A stretch of DNA of 63,425 nt, the filler included, from Lenisia limosa (lineage: Eukaryota; Protista; Breviatea), in the NCBI GenBank assembly GCA_001655205.1. It is 5 parts of 5 records of this genome, joined end to end, with 100 filler letters (N's around TTAATTAATTAA, not from the genome) between each part and the next. Parts side by side here need not be neighbours in the genome. Positions count along the whole stretch, not along the records: positions 25,610 to 42,668 come from LPNZ01002979.1; 4 more parts are not named here. The stretch is one strand, 5' to 3'. Within the stretch, counting starts at the first letter, position 1; each line of letters starts with the position of its first letter. The translations under genes and the position numbers were made by a program. This document shows positions 26,230 through 38,500 of this stretch, in pieces. The notes below the pieces were generated by a model. It did no database searches. It was not told where the DNA came from and saw nothing but the letters and a program-made list of their open reading frames with translations.

Positions 26230-29200
26230 TTGACTCTTCCGAAGGTGATGTTTGGCAGCAATCCTCTAAGTACCGCGTGGGTTGGGGCGTGGTTTCATGT
26301 GTCCATCTATTCGAGTGTAGCATCAACCGCCTTCGCGTTATAGTCAGATTCCCATAATACTTTCCCCCATGTCTCCCCCATGTCTCCCTTATGTCTCCCT
26401 TATGTCTCCCCCATGTCTCCCTTATGTCTCCCTTATGTCTCCCCCATGTCTCCCTTATGTCCCCAGGACCAGCTATTCGAGGTTTTCGACAGTCGTAATA
26501 TTGTCTCCAAGAAGTACCTGCATTACGTCCGTCTGCTGTCCTCTCCGTCTTCAAAGGAGTTACCAACTATCGGCAGTTTTGGCCGTTTCAAAATGTAGGC
26601 TCAGATACAGCACCGATGTTGGTAAGAGCTGAAGCGGCCTTGAACATTTGGCTGGAAATATCACTTCTGTATAATACAATACTCCTTTTTGAGGCAATTC
26701 TGACCCTCAGATTCCTGCTTGGTCTTGTGGCACTCGGAGACACAACATGGCAGGAAGACCTGGAGAACGCTGACCGTCACCCTATCGATTACACCGGAGT
26801 GAAGAACTTACCTAATAAGGTAGGCAGGACTTGCCTAATAAGGGAGGCTGGACTTACCTAATAAGGAAGGTGGGATTTGCCTTCTCAGGTACTTCGTGTA
26901 GAAGACAATGTGTAAAGGGTGCTTGGTTATGTGAAAGCATTTGTCACACCCTCCCTTATAGATTGCAAGTCAAGCCGCGTTGAGCTTGAAAGTGTCAATC
27001 AAGCGACTCCTTCAACCCGTTCCAAACCCCCGAGCGGTTTGAGGGGAATGGAATGTGTCTTTTTAGGATAAAAAAAAATGCGCGCGTTTCTTACCCTCTG
27101 CTTTCTAACACAGCTTATCTCCGTTTCCACCTCCCATCATTCATATCTACCCTGTACTTCTCCTTGGATTCTTGCAGAGTAATACACCCCCCACCCCAGG
27201 CCTATGGAAAGTACTTCCGATACCCCCAGCGGCTGTGGCTCACTGCGACTGTTTCGGTTTTTGTGGGGGGGGGGGGNNNNNNNNNNNNNNNNNNNNNNNN
27301 NNNNNNNNNNNNNNNNNNNNNNNNNNNNNNNNNNNNNNNNNNNNNNNNNNNNNNNNNNNNNNNNNNNNNNNNNNNAGGTACAAGCCATTCTGGTAACTGT
27401 TCTCTTTTGCGGACTACTCTGGTTCAGGTTCGCTTCCAGGGGTTTAATGTAGTAATTTCTTGAGACAACATCGATACAGCCCCTATCCACCATCCTGTTG
27501 TTGTTCGATACAGCTTGCACATGTTGCGTTATTTGTCCGACAAAACTGTTTGAAAGACTTGGGTATTCTAAAGTGAGTATTTATGAAAGAGGCCAATTAT
27601 ATGTATAGGAATTGAGTGTAGTATTTTCTGAATGTTCAGTTTGTCAATGACGCGACTGAGACAATACGCCTACCAATCATCCCTTGCTGCTGCAGTCATT
27701 CTCGCTGATAATGAACACGATGCTGGTGGGGTGACATTGTATAAACCCTTGTTGCCATAGACTGAGTCGATTAATTTAATGAAGCTTTGAGCGGATTAAC
27801 AACACAGAAATTCTCGGCACCTTCCTGGACATAACCAGTGACTCACTCCATGAGGCTGGCTGGGACTCTAAGTTCCTCCAAGTAGGAGGGTCAATGGGTC
27901 TTCACGTTCGAAAAAGGAATCAATGGAATTTGTTTATCATTGTACTCTCGTGTTTTCTTTCGTCATTATCCGCAGATGTTGACCCTCGGTCCCCGTATTT
28001 TGACAGGATCACCATCTTCGGCCTTGGGGCTCTACTCTGAAATCCAGTCGGCCAACACTGAAGTGAGCCCTATTCTGAAATGACATGCTTGATATGGGCT
28101 ATTTGGCTCTCAGAAAGACTGGATTTATGGATAGCCTTCAGAAGCTCTATAGTACTTATGTAGTCGAAACCATCATAGCAAATGCAAATAGTATTACAAT
28201 ATTGTGAAATTATTGTCTTTTCTGGGGTCTTTTCGCAAAAAAGACAGCATTTTTCTTTTGTTTCTTAGAGCTTATGGCATTAGGCTGGAGAGCTGATCAC
28301 TTTCATTGAGAACACCGTTTGGACTGCATGCATCGTGGGGGGGGGGGTATTGCGCGAACTCTGTGTTAGTGTCTGATTGTATTCTTGCATAATATGTTTG
28401 CTCACTTCTGTAATTAACAATTTGTTAGATTGGCGCAACGGTTGCATCTCTTTTCGTTCTCATGTCATGGGTTATGACGTTCTCTTCTTTCAAAACAAAA
28501 GTTGCTGGCATGGGGTTAAACATCTTATCTATCACTCAGTTACCCTCACCAAAAGATGCCATATCCCTCAGTTCACTAAGAGTACTATAACCCCCATTGA
28601 CCCCAAAGGTGCACGCAGCGCGTCGACATGACAACTGGATCGGGCGGCGCTCGAGATACCCCCCTCATTTGGGTGTGTGGGGCCCTATCTCAAAAAGTAT
28701 TTTATACATACAGTGACCGGGTTGGTGTTGACTTTCCTTGGAAAATCACATAGCAAATCGGTCAATACTTACCCCGGTCACTATATCATATGATGTAACA
28801 AGTGTTACATCGTAAAGCACCATCTCTAGATATGTATCTTCAGAGCATGCAAAAAACAACCCTCACCCCTCCAGCCCCTCGCTATACGGGGCACCAATTG
28901 GGCCGAATGGTGATAGCGTCATGCGCACTGACGCTTATTGTGGCCAGCATTGTCATCGCCATCATTGTTATGCGGAGGGAGGAGGTACTGAAGACCCTCA
29001 TCACAGGGGTCTTTGTGTTACTTGGTATGGGAATGGTATCAAATTTCATTGTTGATCCTCTCTCATACAATTTTGTTCTCACCGCCTCTTTAGTCTCCAT
29101 TGCACTGTGGTTCAAGCTGATAAGCAAAGTCTTTATTCAGTTCATTGCTACTGATGGTCGCGAGCGAATCAACCAGTATGCTTTATTATATCATTTGGTT

Positions 29201-30168
29201 TAATTTCAGACTTAAAAATAATTTCAAATTATCGAATGCTCCAATCTTTAATGTAAAACTGTTTTGTTTGTGTCATTCCCAGCCTAACGCATACATTCCA
29301 ATGTTCTAACATGACAGCCCCCGACTCTTCGCCATCCTGGACTATTTCTCGGTGTTTCTCAATATCATTTCTGGTCTTATTGCGAGTCTCAAGTTCTTTA
29401 TCAAAGACTTGATTAAGGTATGGGGATAGTCTATTCAAATTCCTTTGCATTAGCTGGATGACTGTTTATTTGCATAAACAAATCATTTGTGTTGATTACC
29501 TGCCGCAAACAAGGAAAGCAGTGGGAGCTCTTCGAAACGGAATAAAACAGTGACAATGTTTTCAAGGCATCTGTGTCAGAAGTGACTGTTGTTTTATTTA
29601 TTATCAACCTGTCTGTTACATCCAGCCAATGTTGGAGATTTCCTTCTTGAGTTCACTTTTCCCCCCAGATAATCCTGGTCTATGCCCGTTTGGACAGCCC
29701 CACAGCGTTTGCGGCCACCAATGACTTCGATGAGCCGCTTCCACGTGATCAAGGATTCAAAATATGTTCGTGGGGACTGCTGGTATTGCAGTCTTTGTCA
29801 ATGGGTAAAACATTTTACCGAGCAACAGTCACATTGTCACATTTACAACGTTTCTCCAACTTTCATCAACCCAGACTAAACCATTTACCTTAATAATTCA
29901 GTCATGTCAATGGTGTTGATTCATAGTCGATACTGCAACCCAGTCGTCCGAGTAGCAGTCTTCCTCATGGCTCACCGTGGGTTGGAGTTATGATAATAGG
30001 AAATGCCATTTTTCTGAAATAAAAAACTGGAAGGTGTGGCCAAATAAAGATGTTCTGGTAACCCATGTAGAAATGCTGGAGAATCGAGCCGTCCAGCCCT
30101 ACCAGATGAGCGATGTTAGTCCTCAGAATCAGCGGGCCAAAATAGCAAAAAACCGGTTGGCTGTTTGA
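26230..30168 (+). CDS. Hypothetical multi-pass membrane protein with long N-terminal region
   Basis: AG/GT-bounded exons DQLFEVFDSRNIVSKKYLHYVR, FLLGLVALGDTTWQEDLENADRHPIDY, and hydrophobic helices IGATVASLFVLMSWVM, MVIASCALTLIVASIVIAIIVM, LITGVFVLL, ASLVSIALWFKLISKVFI. Ends uncertain; may be more than one gene. Confidence 0.4.
26369..26464. repeat. 11-bp minisatellite ATGTCTCCCYY, about 8.7 copies
   Basis: Units end CC,TT,TT,CC,TT,TT,CC,TT and run into the acceptor CCCCAG at 26466. Confidence 0.9.
26806..26874. repeat. 23-bp tandem triplication spanning an exon/intron junction
   Basis: ACTTACCTAATAAGGTAGGCAGG / ACTTGCCTAATAAGGGAGGCTGG / ACTTACCTAATAAGGAAGGTGGG. Confidence 0.85.
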
Positions 30169-30470
30169 AAACAAGTGGTCCATCAATTTATATCTATACA
30201 CCTCCTAGGTCCATAATGATAATTTTAACCCCTCTGTAGCTGGCACAAAACCTACACTCTTGTGCGAAATCCGCAATTGGTGACCGCCTCTTCTTCCAAC
30301 ATCTCCTTCTGCCCTCCAAACTCTGTTTAATTCGCTGTTTCTTTCTATGGTATTCTCAAATATTATTTGTATTGTGTTTTCGAAGAGTCTCAGTCCACCA
30401 CGCGAACTAAACTCTAAAAAACATGCATGCTATGCATCAAACAAACACTACTACAACTAACCCGGGCTGT

Positions 30471-33400
30471 CTAGGCCGTAATGGGGGTGCCGGCGGCGGT
30501 TTCGGATGCCATCGTCTCCGCGGCCGTCTCCTCATATGCGTCGTCCGAGGATATCTGGGGAGGGCGTAAATCGGAGGGGTCTGTACTCAAAAGAAAAGAA
30601 AATGTCTCTATCAGACCTTCACTTGCTCCTCGCCCTCTTCAGTGGGCATCAGCTTGAGGGTGGGCTTGAAGGTGGCGGCAAGATAGACCATGGCAGCCAT
30701 TGGCGATGCGCTGTCTCCTGGAGTGGTTACAGCACAATTTCAAATAAAATATTGAAGAATAATTGTGCTATCTTGGAGCTCACCATCAGCAGTAAGACGG
30801 ATGCGATGGTCAACTAAGCAGTTGGGCGTAAGTTCCACCAAGTCAATAACACCCTTGGCAATGAGGCTGTCCTTCATCATCCTAGCAAGTCAACTATTGC
30901 GACATTCAAGGATACATTCAGATGAAATGATTTAATGCGAATAAAGTGCTGTAAAACGTGGCAAATGAGCCGCCAAACGATTTTTCATAGCACGACACTT
31001 CGATTTCGCGAGCAGCAGCTTCGTCCATTTTATCGTCCTCGGCTATCAGAGATTTCAAGAACGAAAACAATCGCCAAATACTCGGATTCCAGAAAAGCCA
31101 TTGAATGTTATGTAATATTCATACCTTCTTCTGCTTTTTGGTTCTCTTTTCGGCCTCTTCAGCCATTGAAGGGATCTTAATGGAAAAGTCCTTGTTTTGG
31201 AAGGCAGTTTTGGTCTGGGGGTTGTTGTTAATGCGACTGAGAAAGGTAGCATTGGTCTATATTTGGCTCACGACAAAAGTGTTGATCAATATTAGACAGG
31301 ATGAATGGTGACCCCTGTTCAGCTCTACTTGAGGTTCATTTTAGTAATTTGTTATCATAAATCCAACCCTTGTCTACTATTTTTATAATGTAGTTTACTC
31401 AAATTGTGCAAAGTTGCTCCGCCAACCTTTTTGCATTTGTTTGTCTGGATCTTCTGCTTTCCAAACTGCATAACAACATAGAATTCACATGGATCTAGAG
31501 TGATAAGTATATTATGCCATATAATACATACATCATATAATCCACACACACTCACATATTATATGATATGATACGTACATAATTATGTAAAATATAGGAC
31601 AATGCAAATATACCATTGAGGTAGAATATGCATCTCTTCAAAAGTGACATCCTCAAACCTCTGTTGACGACCGAGGTTTTCTCAATAAGACCCTCGAAGA
31701 CTCCTCCTCCAGCAAGAAGCTCTGAAGGGTCAAAATTGTCTTTGGAATAAGTTCATTACCCACTCCCTTGGAACTCACAAAGCCCATGTATATAATAGTA
31801 AAGAAACCCCAAATATTCGCTTTCCCCTCAAAATTCACGAGGCCCACGAACCCTCCTCTGGCATGGGCACTTTGTCATTGAATTTGAGATAGAGAGGGTC
31901 AATACTGAGGGGGTCAGATTGATCGCCAATCTCTTCGACTGTCAGCGGCTTTGTCAGCTAAATGGTGAGAACTGTAGGATGATGACAAAGACTAAAATCC
32001 CCCATTGTTAATACGTTGTATAATTCCTCAAAGGTTACCTAGTACACATTCCTACCATAGCCTTGCGATCTTCATCAAGATGCTCCATTGCTTCCTTGAT
32101 CTGAAAATATCGTAAACAGAGTAGGGGACAAATAATGATCCACTGGACAGAGCCAACCCATTATTTCCATAAAATATCTTACATCTACGAATCCGAACCT
32201 ACCTTATTCTCCATGCTTTTGACTGTGACGAAGTGTTCGCATGCCTATGGCGTAAAAGGTGAAATATTTTTGGTTTCTTGAACATAATAATCCTTTATTT
32301 CAACAACCCATTGTTTTCAAAACCCTTATTATTCACAAAATGAGCCCTTCGGGTAACACCCACAGCAGGGTCATGGTTCCTCAGAAGGTTCTCTTGGCGC
32401 TGGCTGATAATCTGAGGCCGTCCATCCACGGGGGGATAGGGAGGACCAAAGAGGTAGCCCCTTGGACGTGAAAACTGTGACATATCATAGGATATATAAT
32501 ATAGAACATAATATATGTAGGACTAAAAGAGTATTATCAGTTCTTCATATTTCTTTTGCTGATAATGTCCAGCAACCATACCTGTTCATTTGGTCTGCAA
32601 GAGGAATAGTAATCTTAGCAGGAAGGATCAGAGTCTCGAGTCCGTTGATGACAATGCCTCGGATCCAGTCATTGAGTCCAGGGAACGCCATAAGGTCGGG
32701 GCCTTGAGAGTCAGAATCAAGACGCTGTAATGTGTTTCTGCAGCAATATTGGGATATAGTACCCTTTTTGTTCGACTACAGCAACCAAAACCATATTCAG
32801 AAGAGTTTATTATTCCAATAATTATTATTGGAGCCTTCACCCACCCTTGAGAGGCTTGATATCCATGTCAACAAAGGGGGCATGTCTGAGGGCAACATGT
32901 ACGTTTTCTAAATGCATCAACAAGAAAGTCAACAACACATATACTAATACTATAGTTGTGTATATTTACACTTTCCCCTTCTCCCATATTTTGCAGTAAT
33001 TGCGGAAATATATGACGGTTGATTCACAGGGCATACCGACAAATGGCATTTCCTCACAAAGCTCAAGCTCGACACGTGCCTGAATTGTCAGACGCTTGGC
33101 ACATGTTGAGTATTACAAAGAAACATCAGACTGCCTGAAATGGCCCCACCTTGCCCTTGATAGTAAGGTTGGAGACGAGCAGAGTGACAGGGACCAGGGA
33201 GGCTCCAGTCATTCGAAGAGCAATCACAATCTCAAATTTAGAAGCCCAATCGATATCACAGTCCATCACCTGAAACTGTCAGTATTGAAATCGGTTTGTA
33301 TTGAGATAAAATAATTAGTGCCATTAAGAGAACGTTTACAAGGAGATTGAATTTTGCATCTCTTCATCAAAACAATTTCCAGCATGGCAGCTATTGCCGC

Positions 33401-34850
33401 CATAATATCTTTTGTGCCCATTTTGGTCCAAAAATGGAGATATCGTGAATATAATAATGCATTTTTCGGTACCTAAGAAGAGCTCTTTTTTCGATACCCC
33501 CCACGATTGGTTCATTGATTGGCGTTTTGTACACCTTGAAGTTGGTGAGCATTGGCGGCTCGTCTCCAAGGTTAAGGCGGTCAATCTGGCTTGAAGTGAG
33601 ATTGAATGTGAAATGTACAGTATTTAAAACTATTATGAGAAACATGAGGGATTAGGAAACAAAATGCCAAACAAAATGCCAAACCGTGATGCTCTTGACC
33701 GGTTTCACAATTGCCTCCTTGATGGCAGGTTCCACAGCCTCATCCACCATGGTCTTGATGGCAGGTTGCTTTGCCAAGTAGCTGGGGGGAGGGCAAAATG
33801 AAGAAATGTCACCTCAACCCCCAAACAATCAAATCGTGACTCAAACATGTGCACAACCTTTGGGGAGTTTGAAACACAAAAATATAGAATCATCATGTTG
33901 TAATCAGCAAACGAACTACGTGAACCCTCTGGGTATTCATACCGGTAAAACTTGGCAACCAGGGTGTTGAGCCAAACCGCGGCCTCAGCGGAGCCGTTTG
34001 CCTGCGGGTGTGAACAATTGAGATAGTTTGATGAGAAGCTTCTTTCAAATACTCTAACATTTTGTAGAAATCATAGGTAGAAATGAGAAATCCAACCAAG
34101 CATTTAATAGAGTGAAAAATTCTATGATCTCATTGTGTCAGTGATCAGCAACAAGAATGTATTCTGAAATGAACAAAAACAATGAGTGAAGAGGACGGAA
34201 GATGATTTGGCGATTAATTGTGATGTTTTCGCAGCACCCTGCACCCGACCTTTTGGTAAATAAAAGACCTGTAGAGTTGGACCCGAGTTTTGGCCATGTT
34301 TCGGCGGCGTTGTAAGTCCAAAACTGCCACACCTACACGGGTGAATATACTGGGACGAAATAGAAAGTTGTTCTCGTAAATGATAAACTAATGGGTGTTT
34401 CTGGCATTGGTGATATCGAATAAATACTTAGCAAAGATTGACTATGATGGTTACAACGCCCCCCTCAACACGTTAATGCTGTGTGACCCTCATACCGATA
34501 GCAACAAAGAGGGCAGCAGCAGGCCAACTCCACTCGCTCCATCCGATGAAGATGGCAACAAAGAGGATAATCCCCTCAACTGTCCCCATGCCTATCATCT
34601 GAAGGAAGGTAAAGTATCTGAAAAAAAAAGGGGAGGGGGGGGGGGGGTTACCAAGCCAATTTTGAAGAAANNNNNNNNNNNNNNNNNNNNNNNNNNNNNN
34701 NNNNNNNNNNNNNNNNNNNNNNNNNNNNNNNNNNNNNNNNNNNNNNNNNNNNNNNNNNNNNNNNNNNNNNNNNTTCAGTCAGAGTCAAAAAGAACGGTAA
34801 AGCCCGCCAAACACCCAAAAGGAGAAACGACAATATAACGCAAATGCGCG
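30471..34850 (-). CDS. Extended-synaptotagmin/tricalbin-like protein (TM hairpin, SMP domain, C2 domain(s))
   Basis: TM GIILFVAIFIGWSEWSWPAAALFVAI; SMP motifs AEAAVWLNTLVAKFYR, DRLNLGDEPPMLTNFKVY, MDCDIDWAS...VSNLTIKGK|ARVELELCEEMPFVG, FPGLNDWIRGIVINGLETLILPAKITIPL; C2-like EFYVVMQFGKQKIQTNKCKK and DSLIAKGVIDLVEL...MVYLAATFKP. Start approximate. Confidence 0.8.
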
Positions 34851-35520
34851 ATTGAATTGGGCTGTTGTGAAAAAAATAAACAGCAAAATGAAGGAGAGGA
34901 GGGGAGCGCGGGGAGCACGTAGAGTGAGCGAAAGAAGAGGAGGGCTACTTTGAAAGAAACTTCAATTCTTGCATAAAACAACCATTTTCAATCAAAGATA
35001 TCGCTATTCCAAGGTCTTACTTTGTCAATTCAGCAGGGTAAAAAGGAGGAAGCTGTTTAGTGAAAAGGGTTACTAGTTTTCGAATAGTTTTCAACTGGTT
35101 ATCAAATTCAAAACACCTTAGAACTGTAGAACAAATCTAGATAAAGAGCAACAATATATAGCCGCTGGCTTACCCGATTAGGAAGGTTTGGCATTTTGAA
35201 AAGTCCCGTTCTGGAATAGGACTGGGATTCGTCGTTCTAAGGAAATATTTTGACTTTTCCTGATTTCAAACATTATATTATTGTTGGATACTGCAAGCTA
35301 TTGCTGTTTAAAAGGAAGGAGGGGAGGTTTCCATTTGAGAACCATTAATTGATTACATATAAATCTAATCAAATTTAGCCTTGGAGATTTTTGTTGAGGT
35401 TTTCACTGATGTATCTCCTGAAATATTGTTATTATACATATTCATGGGAACTGAAACAGTTTAAGGTTCCTAGAAAGGCTTTGCTTGCAAATTTAGTTTA
35501 TTCCTAGCTGCATAGAAGCA

Positions 35521-38500
35521 ATGCTTCGCAATGTATTATCATTAACATCACCATTGCTGTTGATATGGATGGTGTTAGGCGGCACTGCCTTCGCTTCCAA
35601 CGACATCCGTCACAAAAGGTGTGTTGTGATGGTCTTCCTGTGCTCTAACGCCTCCAGATACTATGATGAAAGACGTAAGGATGCTCACTATTACCAGCAC
35701 TACTGTCCTCTCATCTCTGACTCGAAATACGCTATCTTTTCTAACAGCACGGTATGCGTGGATGATTGTTTTGTGGACTACTGGAGAGCTATGTAGGCAG
35801 TTTCTACATTTAAAAAATAGTGGCAATACTTGAGGGAGTATCAGGCGGATTTAGTTTTTGAAGAGCGATTCCCGACATGAATTGGACAATGAAGCCAGCT
35901 GGCGTCAGATAGAAATGAGCTGACAATAGAAATGTCAAATCATGCATCAGAGCTGACAATCGAAATGGCATATCATGCACTTTTTAATGTTGATATGTAT
36001 ATTACTCCTCCAAGCTCTATTGATGGAGAGGAGTTTCCTATGGATTTCGACATGGTGTAGCCCTTTTCAGCTCTTCCATTCCAATTACAATTGAATTAGA
36101 TATTGAGATGTTGTGCTGGTGTTTGATCGGCTTTGATCTGATACAACCTTGTAACATGCCCCCAGCATGACCTGAAAGAACGCACGATGGTGAACGTGGT
36201 TGCGCAGACGCTATTCTTCAATAATGGCACCAGTGAATTCGGCCTAACGGTCAACGGCCAGGCCGGTGCATCTGTTCTTAGTGGGAGGGGGGACTTTTCA
36301 CTGGGTATTTCTTAAAATGGTTCAATACTCACAAACAATTGTCATTCTTCGTCTTCTTCCTTTTCTTCTGAAGTTGTAATAATGATATTGCCTCCTTTTA
36401 TTAAAGACTTCTTTTTAAATATTTTGACTATTTAGACTACAATCAAAGAAACAAGCTGTCAAATACTGTTGCGTTGGTGGATACTGTGGATGTTTCCAAC
36501 GGAGATTATATTGGTACAACAATGGATATTATTATGGAAATCTACAAATTGGTAACAGCAAAAAATGTCACCCGAAAAACCAATATTTAACAAATCTGAA
36601 TCCCAAGTTCTGACATCCCAGCCCCAAATACTAACAACTCAGGTTTGAATGGACCGATGTCCTCGAACCAGGTATTTACAACTTCATCTTTTATGGACTG
36701 TCACATACTGAGGAAAACATTAAAGCTGTACGAGGGTTTTACTCATTCCTTTTCACTGATCAAAATGGCACATGTTCCGATTTTGTCTTCTGAAATCCCA
36801 TAAAATACCTTTGTTTTTCCATTTCTCTTGTTTTATAAAATACTGATAAAAAATGTGATGGATATCAATATCAAATGATAATTGTCAAAGTTAGATACTC
36901 ACGTAATAGGGATGCACGTACTCCGACTACTCGCGATTTGACGTGCTGTTCATTGATGAAATGTTGAATGGGACCTTGAGCCCTCAGTTACTGAACACCA
37001 CTGTCAGCCATGAGAACTGCCCAGATAACAAGGGTGTGTGGCGGCGGCTATTTTATGCTTTGCTGTTTTTCATATTAAACTTCTTTTGGCATATTTATAT
37101 AGTCAATTTTCAAGACTAACGACCCAGCAATTGATGAGCCAGTTGTGTCACAAGATTTCGAGGTGGTTTCAACCCGAGTTGTAAAGTAGTGGGGATGTTG
37201 ATTATTATCTTGAGCATTTTGCTTAAGTTTTGCTTTGTTTGGAGTATGGTGTTTGTTTCTTGATTACTTTATAGACATACTGATCATCGAAATTTCCCTG
37301 CTTTTCGAGATGAATTTCCACTTTTATGACTAAAAAATTGATATCTACGGATTCACCTATTGCAGGATCTATATGCAAGCTGACATTGGTCTGACATGGC
37401 CCCAAGAAGTTATTATGAGAATGCATCTCAACAGTGACAAGATTGACGCTGATCGGGGAAAGGTGGGAGGAATTATATCTATGGGACTAGATTGTGTGAT
37501 TGTGGTTCAAAGTACCATAGTCTTAGAAAGCAGGTTACGGAGGTGGTTTCTCTTGATATGTTCATTCACTCTTTCCAAAACAGCCATTTTATAGTTCTTT
37601 TATCTCTCCTCAGATTCTTTCCACGGCCATCGAGAAGATTGCAGGCGAGTTCGGCGAATTAAATCGCAAAACTGGTTGGAAAGGGGGTCTTTGTTGGAAA
37701 GGAGTCTTTGTTGGAAAGGGGTCTTTGTTGGAAAGGAGTCTTTGTGCGTAGCAAGTCATTATTAATGAGTATCATTTTTGCTTCACTTCGGTCCAACAAG
37801 CATTGTAACCGACATCACTCTTTGCACAGCAAATTACCAAAAGAGAGGAGGAGAGAGCAGAATGGTAGTTCTGAACAAGATAAAGCAATGGCGAAACCCT
37901 GATTGATAACCCCCATCCGGACCAATGAACCCGGATTGACGTTCGGGCCAGAGTGGAACCCCCATCCGGAGCAATGAACCCATGGACGTTCGGGCCAGAG
38001 TGGAGCCGTCTTGCGCTCTATTTCTTTGATTGATTCCCTTTTTCAAATATTACATTCCATGCACATTGACCTGGATAAGTCTTGACCGATTTGCTATGTG
38101 ATTTCCCAATTAAATTAGGTCAAGACTTATCCCGGTCACTGTGTCCCGATTTACAGCCAACAGAGTGGATTCTTGGTTTTGTTTTGTTTCATACATATAT
38201 TTACCCTCCCCCCAGGCATTCTCACCTGGGTTGGCTATCTGTCAGCAGGCAACTACACCGTCTCTTTGATTCCCTCCATCAATGTTGTGGGATGTGGGCA
38301 TTCCGTTGCAACAGTCGTCCTTTTCCCAACAAGCATGGTGAGCGCAAAGGGCAAGCTGAGAAATATCATATACGTCTATTACTAATAGAATATTTTCAGG
38401 TTAGATTAGTTGCTTTGAAGAGACTTGATACTCTAGGCCGATTTCAACCCGCTTGTTACTTTTCAGATTAGTACAGTCGTGAACAAGAATGGCGCGTGTC

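Noticed and set aside
26369-37745. CRISPR-like arrays at the short tandem repeats
   Set aside because: No unique spacers, no cas genes, and eukaryotic intronic context.
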